DNA of 63,820 nucleotides, filler included, from Craspedostauros australis (GCA_030167865.1; 11 parts of 11 records of this genome joined end to end with filler, not necessarily neighbours in it), one strand, 5' to 3'. Counted from the first letter of the whole stretch, positions 32,633-45,006 are shown. The notes: generated from the sequence alone by a model not told the origin. Numbers and translations are program-made.

Positions 32633-34994
32633 CCACACGGACCTTGATCGGTGTCTTCACTGGGACGCCCACACTTTCAAGTAGCTGCACGACGAAGAAG
32701 ATCTCCTTTGCCGCTTCAGAAAGGGCAACGTATTCTGCTTTGGATGAGCTGAGTGTGACGGCCTTCTGTGCTTTGGATCGCCAAAGGATTGGTACCTTGC
32801 ACAGGTATAGGATGAACCCTCCTACGCTGATTCTCGTGTTCTTGTCTCCTGCATATTCGCTATCGCAGAAGAGCTCCATGTCCCAGCCGTCGTCGTCTGG
32901 ACGCGCTGGATGGATCTTCAATCCATAGTCCTTTGTATCTATCACATACTTGATGATCCAATACATCTCCTTCATTGCGGCCTTGGTGGGCCCGATCAAT
33001 ACCTTGGAGAGTTCCCTCACAGGGTTTGTGATGTCTGGTCGCGAGTGCTTGATGAGGAAGAGCAGCATACCGACGCCTCGGCGGTATTCAGCATGTTCTT
33101 CCAGTCCAACCTTCTGTAGTCTGTTCTCTTCGGATGGTTGCACAATGATTTGACCCAGGGTTCCCGGTGTTGCATAGCGTTGCATCTTCTCAACCTTGGT
33201 TCCAAACTCTTCAATGAGATGTCGGATGAGGTGTGGTTGGCGTAGCGTTGCTCTGGTCTTGTCATGGTTCAGTTCGATATTGCACCTGAGGTAATCTCCG
33301 AGTCCTTGCTCGATTGTCACCTTGAACTTGCTGCCTTGGATGTCCTTCAGGAATGTCTCCAATGCCTTGGAGTCTCTGCAGCAGAAGCAGTCGTCCATGT
33401 AGATGGCCACGATCATACTTCCTTTGTTCGTCTTTTGATAGAACAGGCACGGATCTGCCGCGCTCTGTTCGAAGTTGATGTTCTTGAGGGTCGACACCAA
33501 CATCTTAAACCACTGCCTGGCGCTCTGAACAAGTCTGTAGATTGGCTTGTGCAGGGTCAGGGCTTCGTCTGCTTGATGATCCATCCCCTCAGGACAGTTC
33601 ACGTAGATCTCCTCGTCGAGGCCTCCATGTAGGAATGCCGTTACAACATCGACGAGTGCGCAGTCCATCTGCTTGATCAGCATCATGACTCTGTAGGTCA
33701 CATCATGGATGGCGGGTGAGTAGTGCTCTTGGAAGCCTACTCCTGCGACTTGTGAGTAGCCACATGCAACGAGTCTCGCTCGATGTGTGCCATCGCATTT
33801 GAACTTGAATACCCACTTGCACTTGCAGCATCTGCGGCCTCGTGGGATGGCGTTTCGTTTGATCTTGCTGTACACCTTGCGTGTATCCATGGAGTTGAAC
33901 TCCTTCTTGATGGCTACTTGGTATTCCTTTTGGTGGATGGGATCCGGATGGTTGAACGCTCCATTGAATGTCGTTGGTTCGATGTGCCTCTCGGATTCTT
34001 CATTCTGGTCCTGCATCGACAATCAGATGTCGATCGCTGGTGTCTTGGTGATGGTTGCGTTCATCCCGTATAATCCACTCGTGCTGTAATGTACAACCTC
34101 TGTCTCTTCTACTTTGTCTACAATTTCCTCATCGTCTGTGTTCTCATTGTCATCACTCGTTTCATTGTTCGACTCGTCGGCTAGCTCGTCACTGAGTTCG
34201 TCGCTCTCCTCATTTGATGATGATTCGCCCTCATCATCTCGTTCCTTTTGACCTGGTATGTTGTTGTCTGCGAGTGCGCACAGTGCTCTGGGAATCTTCT
34301 CCCCTGTGGTAAGCTTGGATTTGTTCTGTCCCTTCCTGCCTCTTGCTTTGTGGCGTTGGAGTCGCTCCTTTCTGTCAATGTCACACTTGCTTGGTTTGGT
34401 TGGTAGGAGTCTAGATGTTGTGCCATGCGTATACCTCGCTGGAGTGTTCTGTGGAGTGACATCCACGTCGTCGTTGGCTTCATCGCCGGATGGTGGAATG
34501 TTGACATCCTCTGGGTCGGATTCGCTCCGATCTTCCTTGTTCTCGAGCAGTTCAGTCGCTGCTCCCTCATCCTCATCACCCTCATCATCACTGTCTGATA
34601 GGATATGATACCTGTTTGTGTCTGCAAAGGATACTCTCTTCGCTTCTGATGTTCGACGCATTGTTGTCCTTGGTGTTGCTCCCTTCCATCCAATGGTTGT
34701 GAAGCCGTCTGTGTCCGTCATTACTACATCGTTGAGTGTGTTTGGTGCTTGTGCCCAGCCATGGAACTGTCTGTATGATTGGTTGAGCCACTTGATGTTG
34801 CAGGAACAGACCAGTGAATTGGTTGATGGTCTGTACATATTGTACACTCCTGATGCATGTTTGTGTGCATATCCAATGAACACCATTTCTTCACCTCTAT
34901 TCTTGAGCTTGGCAGTGATCCTGCTGTAGGTAGTCTTCACAACACCCACCTCTCCGAATGTTCAAAGTGAATTGGCATATGGTGGATCGCTGTC
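32633..34994 (-). mobile_element. Ty1/Copia LTR retrotransposon pol fragment (post-integrase region, RT, RNase H), inactivated
   Basis: KLKNRG..MVFIGY, RARLVACGYSQ, DVVTAFLHG, LVQSARQW, IYMDD, DSEYAGDKNTRIS, LSSSKAEYVALSEA. In-frame TGA at 34023-34025. Confidence 0.95.
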
Positions 34995-35094
34995 NNNNNN
35001 NNNNNNNNNNNNNNNNNNNNNNNNNNNNNNNNNNNNNNTTAATTAATTAANNNNNNNNNNNNNNNNNNNNNNNNNNNNNNNNNNNNNNNNNNNN

Positions 35095-35682
35095 GACCGT
35101 TGCCACACAATGAGAAGGAAAGATGGGTTCTCCAAGAAACATGGCTGCCAGGAAGATCGTGAAGGTGGGGCTGAGACTTAGCAAAGTCATGGCGTCTCCC
35201 AGCGGAAGGAGCTTCAGCGTGGCGAAGTACATGATGAAGGTGATGCCCCCGACGATGCCGCGGATGACGACGATCTTCTGGACCTTGCGTGTGCCTCCGA
35301 ACGGCGTGAAGAGGAGTGGACGCTGCGGAAGTAGAGCTGTGGTCGTGGAAGATTCCATGCTCTCAGGCATTCCAGTTTCGCCGTCGCCTTCCGCCTGCCT
35401 TCTCAACTGAGCATTGTGGTTGGAGACGTACTCGTAGTGAGCGCCGCCATGCGCAACCGACTTTGGCTTCGTGGTGCAGAGGAATGTCAAGATGAAGACC
35501 GTCTCGACCAGCGACCGTACAAGGACCAGCTCCGTGGACGGAATCCCGCTGCTGGAACAGAGCTTGAGAAAGACACCCATCACTGCGTGCAGCAGCTCGC
35601 AAATGACAAGGAGAAGGAGGCCCCAGGACTCCACGGACAGCCAGGATGGCTGGAAGAACATCGCTTCGTTTGTGGCGTTCAT
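35095..35682 (-). CDS. EamA/DMT superfamily transporter (SLC35G-like), 3'-truncated by the contig end
   Basis: Hydrophobic helices with ELVLVRS, VVIRGIVG, LLPLGDAMTLLSLSPTFTIFLAAMFLGEP. Start codon uncertain. Confidence 0.85.
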
Positions 35683-36234
35683 TGTGCACAATGTCCTCAC
35701 GGTGTTTCGGTCTGCGTGCGTCGAAAATGGTTGCGATTGTGATCGTTGCCGTCGTCGTTGCGGAGACTGCCGCTAATGCTGTGGAGCCCCCCTCTGTCGA
35801 ATCTCTGCTGTGTGGAATGGGAGGGTCATGACGCATCTCCGTAGCCAAACGAGAGGCAGACGCTCTCGTCCTGGTTGTCATCTTCGGTGTCGGCATGGCT
35901 GTTCTTCTGGCTCCGCCAACGCAACACGCGAATTACCGGGATGACACCCGGCAAAAAGCACGGTAAACGGAAAGTCGACTAATACGACTAATACGAAACC
36001 ACAACGGTTCCGCCATCTTGGCATGAGAAAGCCACACCCAACTTTCCGACGTCGACGAAGAACGAATCTCCTCGTTCATGTATTTTGTGAGCTGTGTGTG
36101 GAGGGTCTTTTGTCTTCGGAGAAACACGATCANNNNNNNNNNNNNNNNNNNNNNNNNNNNNNNNNNNNNNNNNNNNTTAATTAATTAANNNNNNNNNNNN
36201 NNNNNNNNNNNNNNNNNNNNNNNNNNNNNNNNCC

Positions 36235-36702
36235 TGTTCCATTTCTTGCTACATTGCTGCTGCGACACTCAAGCACAAAGGCCGGCGTGCTATCTCACAG
36301 TACAAGCGCATGGCCAAGAAGGCGAGGAAGCTACTGGAAAGCTGGACCAATCGAGGGAATCCGAACTGCGCTCACTTTCTCAACATGATCGATGCCGAGC
36401 GCGCGATCGGGAAGCGCCGCCGCCTGAAGCCCGGCGAAGCACACCCGACGGTGGTCAACTATCAACGAGCAATTCGATTGACCGCTCGTCGTGGTTTGAT
36501 GAACATGCGGGCATTCTCCAATGAACGTCTCGCCGAATTCTACTTGATGCATACGGCAGATAAGGAGAGCGCCAAGTTTCATTATGACGAAGCGAAGCGT
36601 CTGTATGGAGAATGGGGAGCCGATGGGAAGGTAGATGCAATGGAGGAACGGGCTGGCCAGTTGTGGCCACCTCCGACAGAGATCCAGACGATCATGGTGT
36701 GA
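36235..36702 (+). CDS. 3' end of the STAND-like ATPase gene (same sequence as the end of 57864-61524, plus the true C-terminus ...PPPTEIQTIMV*)
   Basis: 36233-36688 is the reverse complement of 57864-58319. Motifs GNPNCAHFL, NERLAEF, YGEWGADGKV. Confidence 0.9.
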   Translation, partial: CSISCYIAAATLKHKGRRAISQYKRMAKKARKLLESWTNRGNPNCAHFLNMIDAERAIGKRRRLKPGEAHPTVVNYQRAIRLTARRGLMNMRAFSNERLAEFYLMHTADKESAKFHYDEAKRLYGEWGADGKVDAMEERAGQLWPPPTEIQTIMV

Positions 36703-37278
36703 CGTTTGCACGTAGCCTCCCGAAGAGATTCGATTTCCCGCGCCGCATCCGTGCCGAAACAGGAGTAAATGGAAATCGAAACACAGAGAACATGACATAC
36801 TATTGTAATCGACAATTCCATACTAGAACACACATTTCTATGGACAGATCTACGGCGAGCGACTGCATTGGCTCTTCATCCGGACGCAAACACTCATCCG
36901 ACCTGGGTGTTCGTTCCTTTGCGTTCGAGTAACGATATCTCTATGCTGCACTGTTGGTATTCACCATGGTTCCGTTGCTCTCCATGTACCGTACTTCGAT
37001 TGCTGTTGTGTAGTCTTGTTGCTCATTTGTGACATTCCCGCGCACACGAAGCATGACTGCGAACTCTCTCATTCGACCTTCTTCGGAATCCAATCGCATC
37101 TCTGAATCAGCCATGGTTCCTTCCTTTTGACGGCGCGCGCCGTTTGCCCGTATCCTCATGCCTGTGCTCATCTGAAGTGCGTGCGAGGACGAGTGCATGC
37201 TGCGAATGCAATCCGCGAAGGCTTCAGAACCCCGCTCCATCGACATTTGATCCTTCGGCACGACCAGGACACTGATCA

Positions 37279-37581
37279 TCATGAGGCCGCGCTGCCGCCC
37301 GCAGCCAGCATCTCGAACTTGTTCACATATCGCAAATTCGTCTCGTACCGCTGCTTCGTGTCTTCGTAGACCTGCTTGGCGCGCATGGCGGTTTCCAGCA
37401 GCTCTGGCATTTCCGTGTCATTCATCTGCATCGTCTCCTGCTTCTCCTGCGGCATGGCGCGGTACTTGTCCTTGGCGGCTTTCAGATCGTCCTCGGCGGT
37501 TTGCCACAACTTTTGTGCAAAGTCCAGCTGCTTCTTCGCCTCGTCCGTGGCGAACCGCAGCTTGGCGATCTTTGCGTCCAT
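37279..37581 (-). CDS. Small coiled-coil hypothetical protein (100 aa; the N-terminus may extend upstream)
   Basis: MDAKIAKLRFATDEAKKQL...NDTEMPELLET...RYETNLRY; GC3-rich codon usage resembling neighbouring genes. Confidence 0.6.
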   Translation of the reverse strand: MDAKIAKLRFATDEAKKQLDFAQKLWQTAEDDLKAAKDKYRAMPQEKQETMQMNDTEMPELLETAMRAKQVYEDTKQRYETNLRYVNKFEMLAAGGSAAS

Positions 37582-38606
37582 CTCGTCGCGTTTTGGAATT
37601 CTCGCTCGTGTCCGTGCGTAGCCTTGCGGTTGATCAGCTGCGGCTCGGGCTCGAGGCTCCAAAGATGGGCGTTCCTTCGTGCTAGGTGCTTCTCGTTCGA
37701 GCAGTATACGTGATTGATGATCTTGATCTTGTTCCACGCGCTGGTTCTTGTGCTGGTGCTCGTAGTTGCCGATCGCGATGATTCGACTGTCATTGGTCGC
37801 CGTGGTTTCTGCTGCCGTTGCTGTTGACAAGAGTTCCGACAATGGATACGGATCCTCTTCCCAACAACAGGACGGAGGGAGGCCCCTTTTCGCCTGTGGT
37901 GTGCCCGAGGTGATGCTTCTTGAGTGAAGGTGACCGCATGACACAGAGGACGATCTACCTGCACGGCACCAACACTCCACACCACTGCCCTTCACAATGT
38001 GTGGGTGACATGGGTTTGGCCGGATTCTCATTTCATGCAATCACTCGTGACAGGACTCACTTACCAACTCACCAATGTCAAGAAAGAGAATCTCGGAGTT
38101 CGATGCACGGTTTCATCCAATAGATACAATCCACGTGGCGGACATGGCGCCAAAAAAGTGAGAACACATCCGTCGCTGTTCTCTTTCGTTGATGGGGCTT
38201 CGGTTTCCTCGTTTCATCCTTGTGCGCGAAAATGTGAACAGAGCAAAAACGCGCACCTCCGCAAGCACAAGCATTCAGGCACAAAGCAGACCAAACAGGG
38301 CGCTGCATTGCCGTAGCACAAGCAGATGACTGTGCATGTGCCACACCAGCGCTGCTCTCGGAGGCGTACTGCCTCCAGTACGAATGGAGCATGGATTGTA
38401 CTGAAATGGTCAGTGACGAAGAGCATGCGGATGCGTAACGTTTGGCACTCATCAGCGGAACAAACCTGATCCGAACACAAAACCAAGAATCAACCATCGA
38501 ACACAAATCATCGAGTACAGAGAGGCAGACTACTCTGCTCTCTTGCTTCTAGTTCGGCACGTGAACTTCCGTCACTCTTCCAATCAGCAATCGCACAGCG
38601 CAAAAG

Positions 38607-41333
38607 ATGAAGGATCTCGCCGGCGAAGACAGCCGCAATAGTGAGAGCGAAGAGCATTCGCAAACATTCGACGATGCTCGTGCAGGCACACCTCCTGCTG
38701 CAAACGATGGTCCATCCACTTCGCACAAAGCAAGCATCATTGGTGGAACCCAGGATACCATCGGCAAGTACCAGCGTGACGGTGGTCATGGCGATTCCAT
38801 GGTTGGCGCAATGAAAGAAGGAAACGCAGAAGCGAAACAGAAGGAAGACAGCAGTTGCACAAAGGCAAACGCCCAAACCAACCGCGGAACAGAACAGGCA
38901 GGAGAACAACCAGGACTAGCGAAGCAGCAATCCGTGGCGTCGTCGTCGTCGTCTACGTCCACCCAAACTCCAGGAGGGGCAACGAATTTCTCCATCCGCC
39001 CGTTCCGAGGCATGATCTCGGATCTGCAAGCGCGCATTCCTTTGTACAAGGGCGACTGGTGCCAGCGTCCCAAGTCGATCGTGCGCGTGATCAATGCGAC
39101 CTGCTTTGCCTTCGTCGTCCAACTGATCCCCGCCTTGATCTTCGCGGAATTGCTCAACCGCAAAACAGAGGGATCGCTGTCGGTCCCGGAGGTTCTGCTG
39201 AGCGCGGGCATCATCGGCGTCATCTACGCCATCCTCAGCGGACAGCCGTTGGTGCTGCTGGGGATCACGGGTCCCGTAGCCATCCTCCTCGGCACGTCCT
39301 ACGGCCTTGCGCAAGATCTCGATAACGCTGACTACTTCACCTTCTTTTGGTGGCTGTGCATGTGGACATCTCTACTGCATCTGCTGTCGGCGTGCTTAGG
39401 GTTGGTCCAATTCGTGTGGATCATCACCCCGTTCACCTCGCAGATCTTCGAGTTCTTCATCGCCATGTCCTTCATCTACGAATCCATTCGCGATTTGGTG
39501 GAGCCCATTCATTTGGCTGACACCATCCATGCCTCGCACCCACACGGCGATGGCGACGTTCGTTTCCTTGAGTCAACAACAGGATCATCATCGTCGCCGT
39601 CGTCGTCGCTCACCCACTACGACCGTTCAGCGGCATACGCTGGCCTCGTTGTTGGCTTGCTCACGTTCCAAATCTGCTGGTCGCTGCACTTTGCCGAAAC
39701 GTGGGTCTACGCCACGCGTCAGGTACGCACGTTCCTCACGAGCTACAACATGATGATCGCACTAGTCGTCATGACGGCAATATCGTATCTGCCAGGAATC
39801 GACCAGGATGATGGCATCGAACGCGTCGAGATTCGGCGAACCCCTTGGGACTGGAAACCGACCGCCCACCGTTCGGAATGGTTCACCGTCAAGGACCCAT
39901 TCGACAGCGACGCCATCACTACGAGAGGAATCTTCGGCGCGCTCTTCCCTGCATTTATGCTGTACCTCCTCTTCTTCATCGATCACAACATCTCATCCAT
40001 CTTGACCCAGGCACCCAAGTACAACCTACAAAAACCGCCGGCGTACCACTGGGACTTCTTCGTGCTCGGTCTCACGATCATCCCCTGCGCGTTGCTTGGT
40101 CTTCCGCCAGGATCCGGCCTGATACCCCAAGCACCCCTGCACACGCGGGCATTATGCTCTCGTGAAAAGAAGGCGGACAACGAATCGAGTTCCAAGAATC
40201 CTCCGGCTTCGTCGCCGCCACCCGCATCGGCATCATCGGAACAAGATCGGACCGTATCGACTCGACAAGCCAATCTAAGCGAGGCACATGGCGGGTCAGA
40301 TCGGCACAGGCAACAGCAATATCAACAACGACAAGTACCGCCACCGACACCGCTAGAAGCAACGATGACAAAAAGCAGCGCATCCAAAATCAGTGACACC
40401 TCCTGCCCAGCCGAGACCAACAGAACTGGCAGTGACGATGTCGCAGCAGCGGATGCGAAAGCCACTGCAGGCCAGAGGAATGCCCCTGTCAACGAATCGG
40501 ACCACGCGGGCGGCGAAGTCTTCACTCACTGCGAAGAGCAGCGCTGGTCGGCCCTGATCCAAGCGTTGCTGATGTTCGTCGCGTTGAGTCTGCTGGAGGT
40601 GATCGCTTGGATTCCGGTGGGTTGCCTTTTCGGCATCTTCCTCTACCTCGGCGTCGGTGCCATGTACGGCAACGAGGTATGGGAACGCATCATGTTGTGC
40701 CTGATGCTACCGAAGAAACGTCCCAAGGTGCCCATCGTCACGAAGGTGTCGTCGTGGGCCACGGTCCAAGCCTTCACTCTGGTGCAGATCATGTGCGCGT
40801 CGCTGATCTTCGGCATCGCGCAGTTTGCCGATGTGGGATACATCTTCCCCGCATTGGTGGCCGGCCTTGTTCCTTTCCGCATCTACGTCATGCCGCGCCT
40901 GTTCAGCGAGGAGGATTTGGCATACCTCGATCCTGTGGGAGAGACGGAAGAGGAATACCACCAGGAGCAGAAGGAGATCGTGGACGTCGTCCGCAGACGT
41001 CCGTCGCTTGACGAGGCCGAGATCTTCCATGGATTTTCGGAGCTGCGCACCAAGAATGCTCCGCACGATGCTAAGGATTATTATCGACACCATCCCGACT
41101 TGCCTCACCCTCCCGTGTTGGATAGGGATGACGACGGCGGCGGCGATGATAGGAATCTCCACGATTTTGACGAATCTGACCAATTCTTTGGCACGAGGCA
41201 TTCCCGCCAAAGGGATGGGACTATCCTTCCGCTCTCCGAAGCGTTTGATCGCACGCCATCGTTCCCTCGCACTGGCGGCCGCTCAATGAGGCGACACACC
41301 ATACCCTCTCCCGCAATGGATGTTGGGCACTAG
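38607..41333 (+). CDS. SLC4: SLC4-family bicarbonate/borate anion transporter, 908 aa
   Basis: PFRGMISDLQARIPLYKGDW, LSGQPLVLLGITGPV, LFFIDHNISSIL, KPPAYHWDFF, GLIPQAPLHTRAL, EEQRWSALIQ, CLFGIFLYLG; multiple TM helices. Confidence 0.93.
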   Translation: MKDLAGEDSRNSESEEHSQTFDDARAGTPPAANDGPSTSHKASIIGGTQDTIGKYQRDGGHGDSMVGAMKEGNAEAKQKEDSSCTKANAQTNRGTEQAGEQPGLAKQQSVASSSSSTSTQTPGGATNFSIRPFRGMISDLQARIPLYKGDWCQRPKSIVRVINATCFAFVVQLIPALIFAELLNRKTEGSLSVPEVLLSAGIIGVIYAILSGQPLVLLGITGPVAILLGTSYGLAQDLDNADYFTFFWWLCMWTSLLHLLSACLGLVQFVWIITPFTSQIFEFFIAMSFIYESIRDLVEPIHLADTIHASHPHGDGDVRFLESTTGSSSSPSSSLTHYDRSAAYAGLVVGLLTFQICWSLHFAETWVYATRQVRTFLTSYNMMIALVVMTAISYLPGIDQDDGIERVEIRRTPWDWKPTAHRSEWFTVKDPFDSDAITTRGIFGALFPAFMLYLLFFIDHNISSILTQAPKYNLQKPPAYHWDFFVLGLTIIPCALLGLPPGSGLIPQAPLHTRALCSREKKADNESSSKNPPASSPPPASASSEQDRTVSTRQANLSEAHGGSDRHRQQQYQQRQVPPPTPLEATMTKSSASKISDTSCPAETNRTGSDDVAAADAKATAGQRNAPVNESDHAGGEVFTHCEEQRWSALIQALLMFVALSLLEVIAWIPVGCLFGIFLYLGVGAMYGNEVWERIMLCLMLPKKRPKVPIVTKVSSWATVQAFTLVQIMCASLIFGIAQFADVGYIFPALVAGLVPFRIYVMPRLFSEEDLAYLDPVGETEEEYHQEQKEIVDVVRRRPSLDEAEIFHGFSELRTKNAPHDAKDYYRHHPDLPHPPVLDRDDDGGGDDRNLHDFDESDQFFGTRHSRQRDGTILPLSEAFDRTPSFPRTGGRSMRRHTIPSPAMDVGH

Positions 41334-41841
41334 CTCTGCAAAGCGATCGCCATCGTCGCCATCATCCTTCTCCTGTTCGCCGTCATCTCCGCCAAGCCCC
41401 CCCCCCCGCTACTTTCGGGCAGCAGCAGCAATTACCTACTGATACATGGCTCGGAGAACGCCACCAGCCAAACCTACATTCTGAAATTCCCCAAATTCGT
41501 AACCATTCATTTAGTTCACGCATACATGTTATATGCCAATGCTGATGCAATTTTATTTTCGCTGTCCTCCATTGGCTAGAGAAGACAGTTGCACTTGCGA
41601 AGAGTCGAATTGTGTGATGACGACTCTACCCACCGTCGTCAGTGTCGATGCAATTGCCATGTCCATCCCTCCACGGAACGCTTGCCATCACGCCGAGATC
41701 ATACCATACACTGGAGGTTGTTGAGTCCCTTGCTTAATACTTGCACCGGAGTATGGGTGTCCTGCCTCGCTCAGTCATTGATGAATGCTCGTCACCACCG
41801 TTCGTCCCTCCCGAACCATCGGCGCTTTCGCCATCAGCCTC

Positions 41842-44440
41842 TCACTGAGCTGCAGAGCAAGCAGCATCTTCATCCCCTCTGAATCGAGTTGACTCAGATC
41901 CTTCCTCCACGTCGAGCTCCGACTCTTCGGAGGCTCCTTGGCCATCGCCCAACCAAACCTTGTTCTCATCTTCAGCCTTGTCCTCGCGAGGAGAACTGTT
42001 CTTCTCTCCGTTCGAGGTGGAGTTCAAGTTCGAGTTCGAATTCGCGCCTGCATCTTCAGTGGAACTACTGTCTTCAAGTGCCAAGTCCGGCGAACCCGAA
42101 ATTGCGGAACTGTTGCTGGAGGAAGGAATGATGCTGAGATGCCGTTTGGCTTTGTTGAATTGATTTTGAAACCATGTTGAGCCGAATCTGTTGCCCGGAA
42201 TCGAGCTGTCTCGTGATGCGACGCGCATGGAAGACGAACCGTAACGACTGCGACGTGTTGAGCTCGCTTGCACCCGCTTCCGACGGAAATACACCAATGC
42301 GTTGAGGGCGCCCTGGATAGGAGCGAGAAATGCCATGGCTCCGAACACGGGGAAGTTTTGTTCTGTGAGGTCGATGAAGCGAGCGACAAGGCGCATGGTG
42401 AAAGGGACGTAGAATGCCAGAAGAAACCAGAAGGATTGCCAAAAGACGTTGGCGGACATTGAAGAAGCTTGGTCACTCTTCGCGAATCGCCATCGGTTTG
42501 AGTTGTTCTCGAGTTTGTAGACATGCAGGAATGTGGCGACAGTGGGTATCGTGGATGCCACAATCGCGACGCAGACCGGAACCACGACGAACAGATAGGA
42601 AGGTGTGTTGCTGTCGGCGATCGGCGTCGACGTGATGGCGCATGTGCCAAGCATCGGTTCGTAGAATGGAAGACCGGCAAGGGCAACTGCAAGTCCCGCG
42701 ATCAGTATGATGGCATGGCAAACACGGCGGTAGAGCTCGACCTTGTGCCCCTCCAACCGACGAGACAGCATGAGCCAGAAGTAAATGGACAGCGCGGCGT
42801 TGTACCATAGGCTGGAGTACGCGAATTGGCCCATCACTCCGTTGAGCTTGCAGGTCGCGTCGGTTCCGTGCGCATCGTACCATTGACTTTCACGTGGCAA
42901 CATGAAGGCACCAAAGGCGATGGAGATTGAACCGACCACGTCACAAAAGCTCACGCCGAGCATCAGTTGCTCGAACGTGTTTGTGCGTTTCGATGGATCT
43001 CGTAGGATTGAGCTCACGATGGTCAAGGATCCCTGGAGTATAGTTTTCAATGATTTTTGGGCGATCATTGAATGTAATGATGGTGCGTTTGTACCGTCGT
43101 GTGTTGTTCATTGTTCATTGTTCAATTTTCATTATTCATTGTTGTTGTTGTTGTTGATGATGACAAGGGATGATTGATGCATTGCATGTGGATGAAGTGA
43201 ACAGGTGAGTGCTTTGGCCATCTGTACGAGTATGCCAACAGAGGACGAGTATGAATTTCCTGCAATTGGCCAGCGGGCAGACACTCCAGTGCAACATGCA
43301 GCAGTGCACACCCATCACCACCAAGCTTCTATTGTGCCACACCATGATACACAGTGCATCCATTATAATGTGCACGAAGCCTTGCGTTCTTTGTCATTTG
43401 ACGCCGCCACTTACCACAAACGACAAGGCGCCGCCGACGCGATGGAACCAGGTGAGCATTTTCATCCTTGGATTTGGCTTGCAGCCGCACACCCCACGGT
43501 ACAACTGATTGACGAAGCAACCGGCGGAGTCTGCTGGGATGAATCCACGCATGATAACATTGACATCCTGGCACACCAACGCTGAGGTACCATTCGATCC
43601 GGGCGGTGAGGAGAACCTCTCTTCGGACATGTCAGTCATCCACGTGACTTCCACCTTTGGCTTGGGCAAGAGACCCGTTGGATAGTCTGGGCATAGATGA
43701 CACACGTTGGTCCTCGGTTGGATTGGGGCTGTCGTATCGCCGCCATCGCTGCCGCCATTAGTATCGCCACCGTCGTTGCCAACGTCACCGCCAGCCTCAC
43801 TGCCGCCGTTATCGCCACCGCCACCATCGCTGCTGCGGCCACATCCGCAAAACGTGGACAATCGTTTGATGTTCCCGCACGTTGGGATGCTTGCATCGAG
43901 AGACGCAGCAAGCGTTTCCATCTCGCCACATGTCTCCACAGGAACCTGCACCCCAGGGAGGTCGATCACTTTGTCCGGGAGCTGTGATGTCTCTCCCGCC
44001 ATGGCGTCGCACATGGAGCATCGCTGTTGAGATGCCTGCAACAGTCTCGGATCCGATACCAGATGGAACGTTGTGGGATCATGGTGTTCCTCCTCGTCGA
44101 CCATGAGATCGAGACGTCCGTGAGCATCGCTCAAGGCCGCACGACCATCAACGATGGCAGCAGATTCATCGCCGTCGATCTGATGTTCTATCGACAAGGC
44201 TCGTGCTGCCGCATCGCAGCCGGGTAGTCCCAAAGATGAAGTGCATACGAAGAGACAGACGACGGCGGTAGCACCTTTGATTCTCCACATCGACCTTCTC
44301 CGACCCTGGCGTCTCGCCTGTCTCTTCATCTCCTGCTTTCTTGATTTCGTTCTTTGCATCGCTGTTGATGTCGATCCCATCTCGGCACGCACCAAGTGGA
44401 CATGGTCCGTGTGTGAGGGAACAGTAAGTGTAGTCACCAT
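41842..44440 (-). CDS. Seven-transmembrane GPCR-like receptor with a Cys-rich ectodomain; 2 exons (44440 or 44290 to 43415; 43032 to 41842)
   Basis: Intron 43414-43033 (GTAAGT...CAG, phase 0) rebuilds TM1 as VGGALSFV|GSLTIVSSIL. LMLGVSFCDVV, GTDATCKLNG, YNAALSIYF, LAPIQGALNALVYFR; Ser-rich cytoplasmic tail. Confidence 0.87.
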
Positions 44441-45006
44441 CGCATTGATGTGATTGTTCAGACAAAGTACTCCCTGCCTGTTTTTTGTGGGTAGTCGTGA
44501 AGTGATACGGGTACGAACTATGGCACAACAGTTGTCGCGAGCACGTGTCATGTGACCCTCTCTGCCTCTCTTGCACAACTGGCTTTCTCCGCTTCCTTGT
44601 GCCTTTCTCGCCCTTGCGTTCCGCCCAACAAGATACCATGCTCGTTTCTGTGCGTGGGTTCTCACCGTTTCGCACAGAATACGCATCACAGAGCAATCGT
44701 GGATGAGCGTGACTGAAGGCGCTTCGCGCGTCGTTTCAGCCAAAAGAACCTGTGACCTCACGACCAAAACATCATTTCGGATCGACAAAGCATCAACGTT
44801 GTAAAACTTCAACTATGAACTTGCATGCAGAAGACTAAACATAGCCGGACAACACAAATTGTCGTAACAACGTAGTTTTCAAAAATTAGGATAAGTGTTG
44901 TGTTCAATCCAAAATTGTCAACCCACCCAAATGTGACATTTCTTCGTGCCGAGGAAGAAAAGGTGGGATTCGGCTCTTGTGAAGATCCGTAGCGAACTGT
45001 TTGGGC

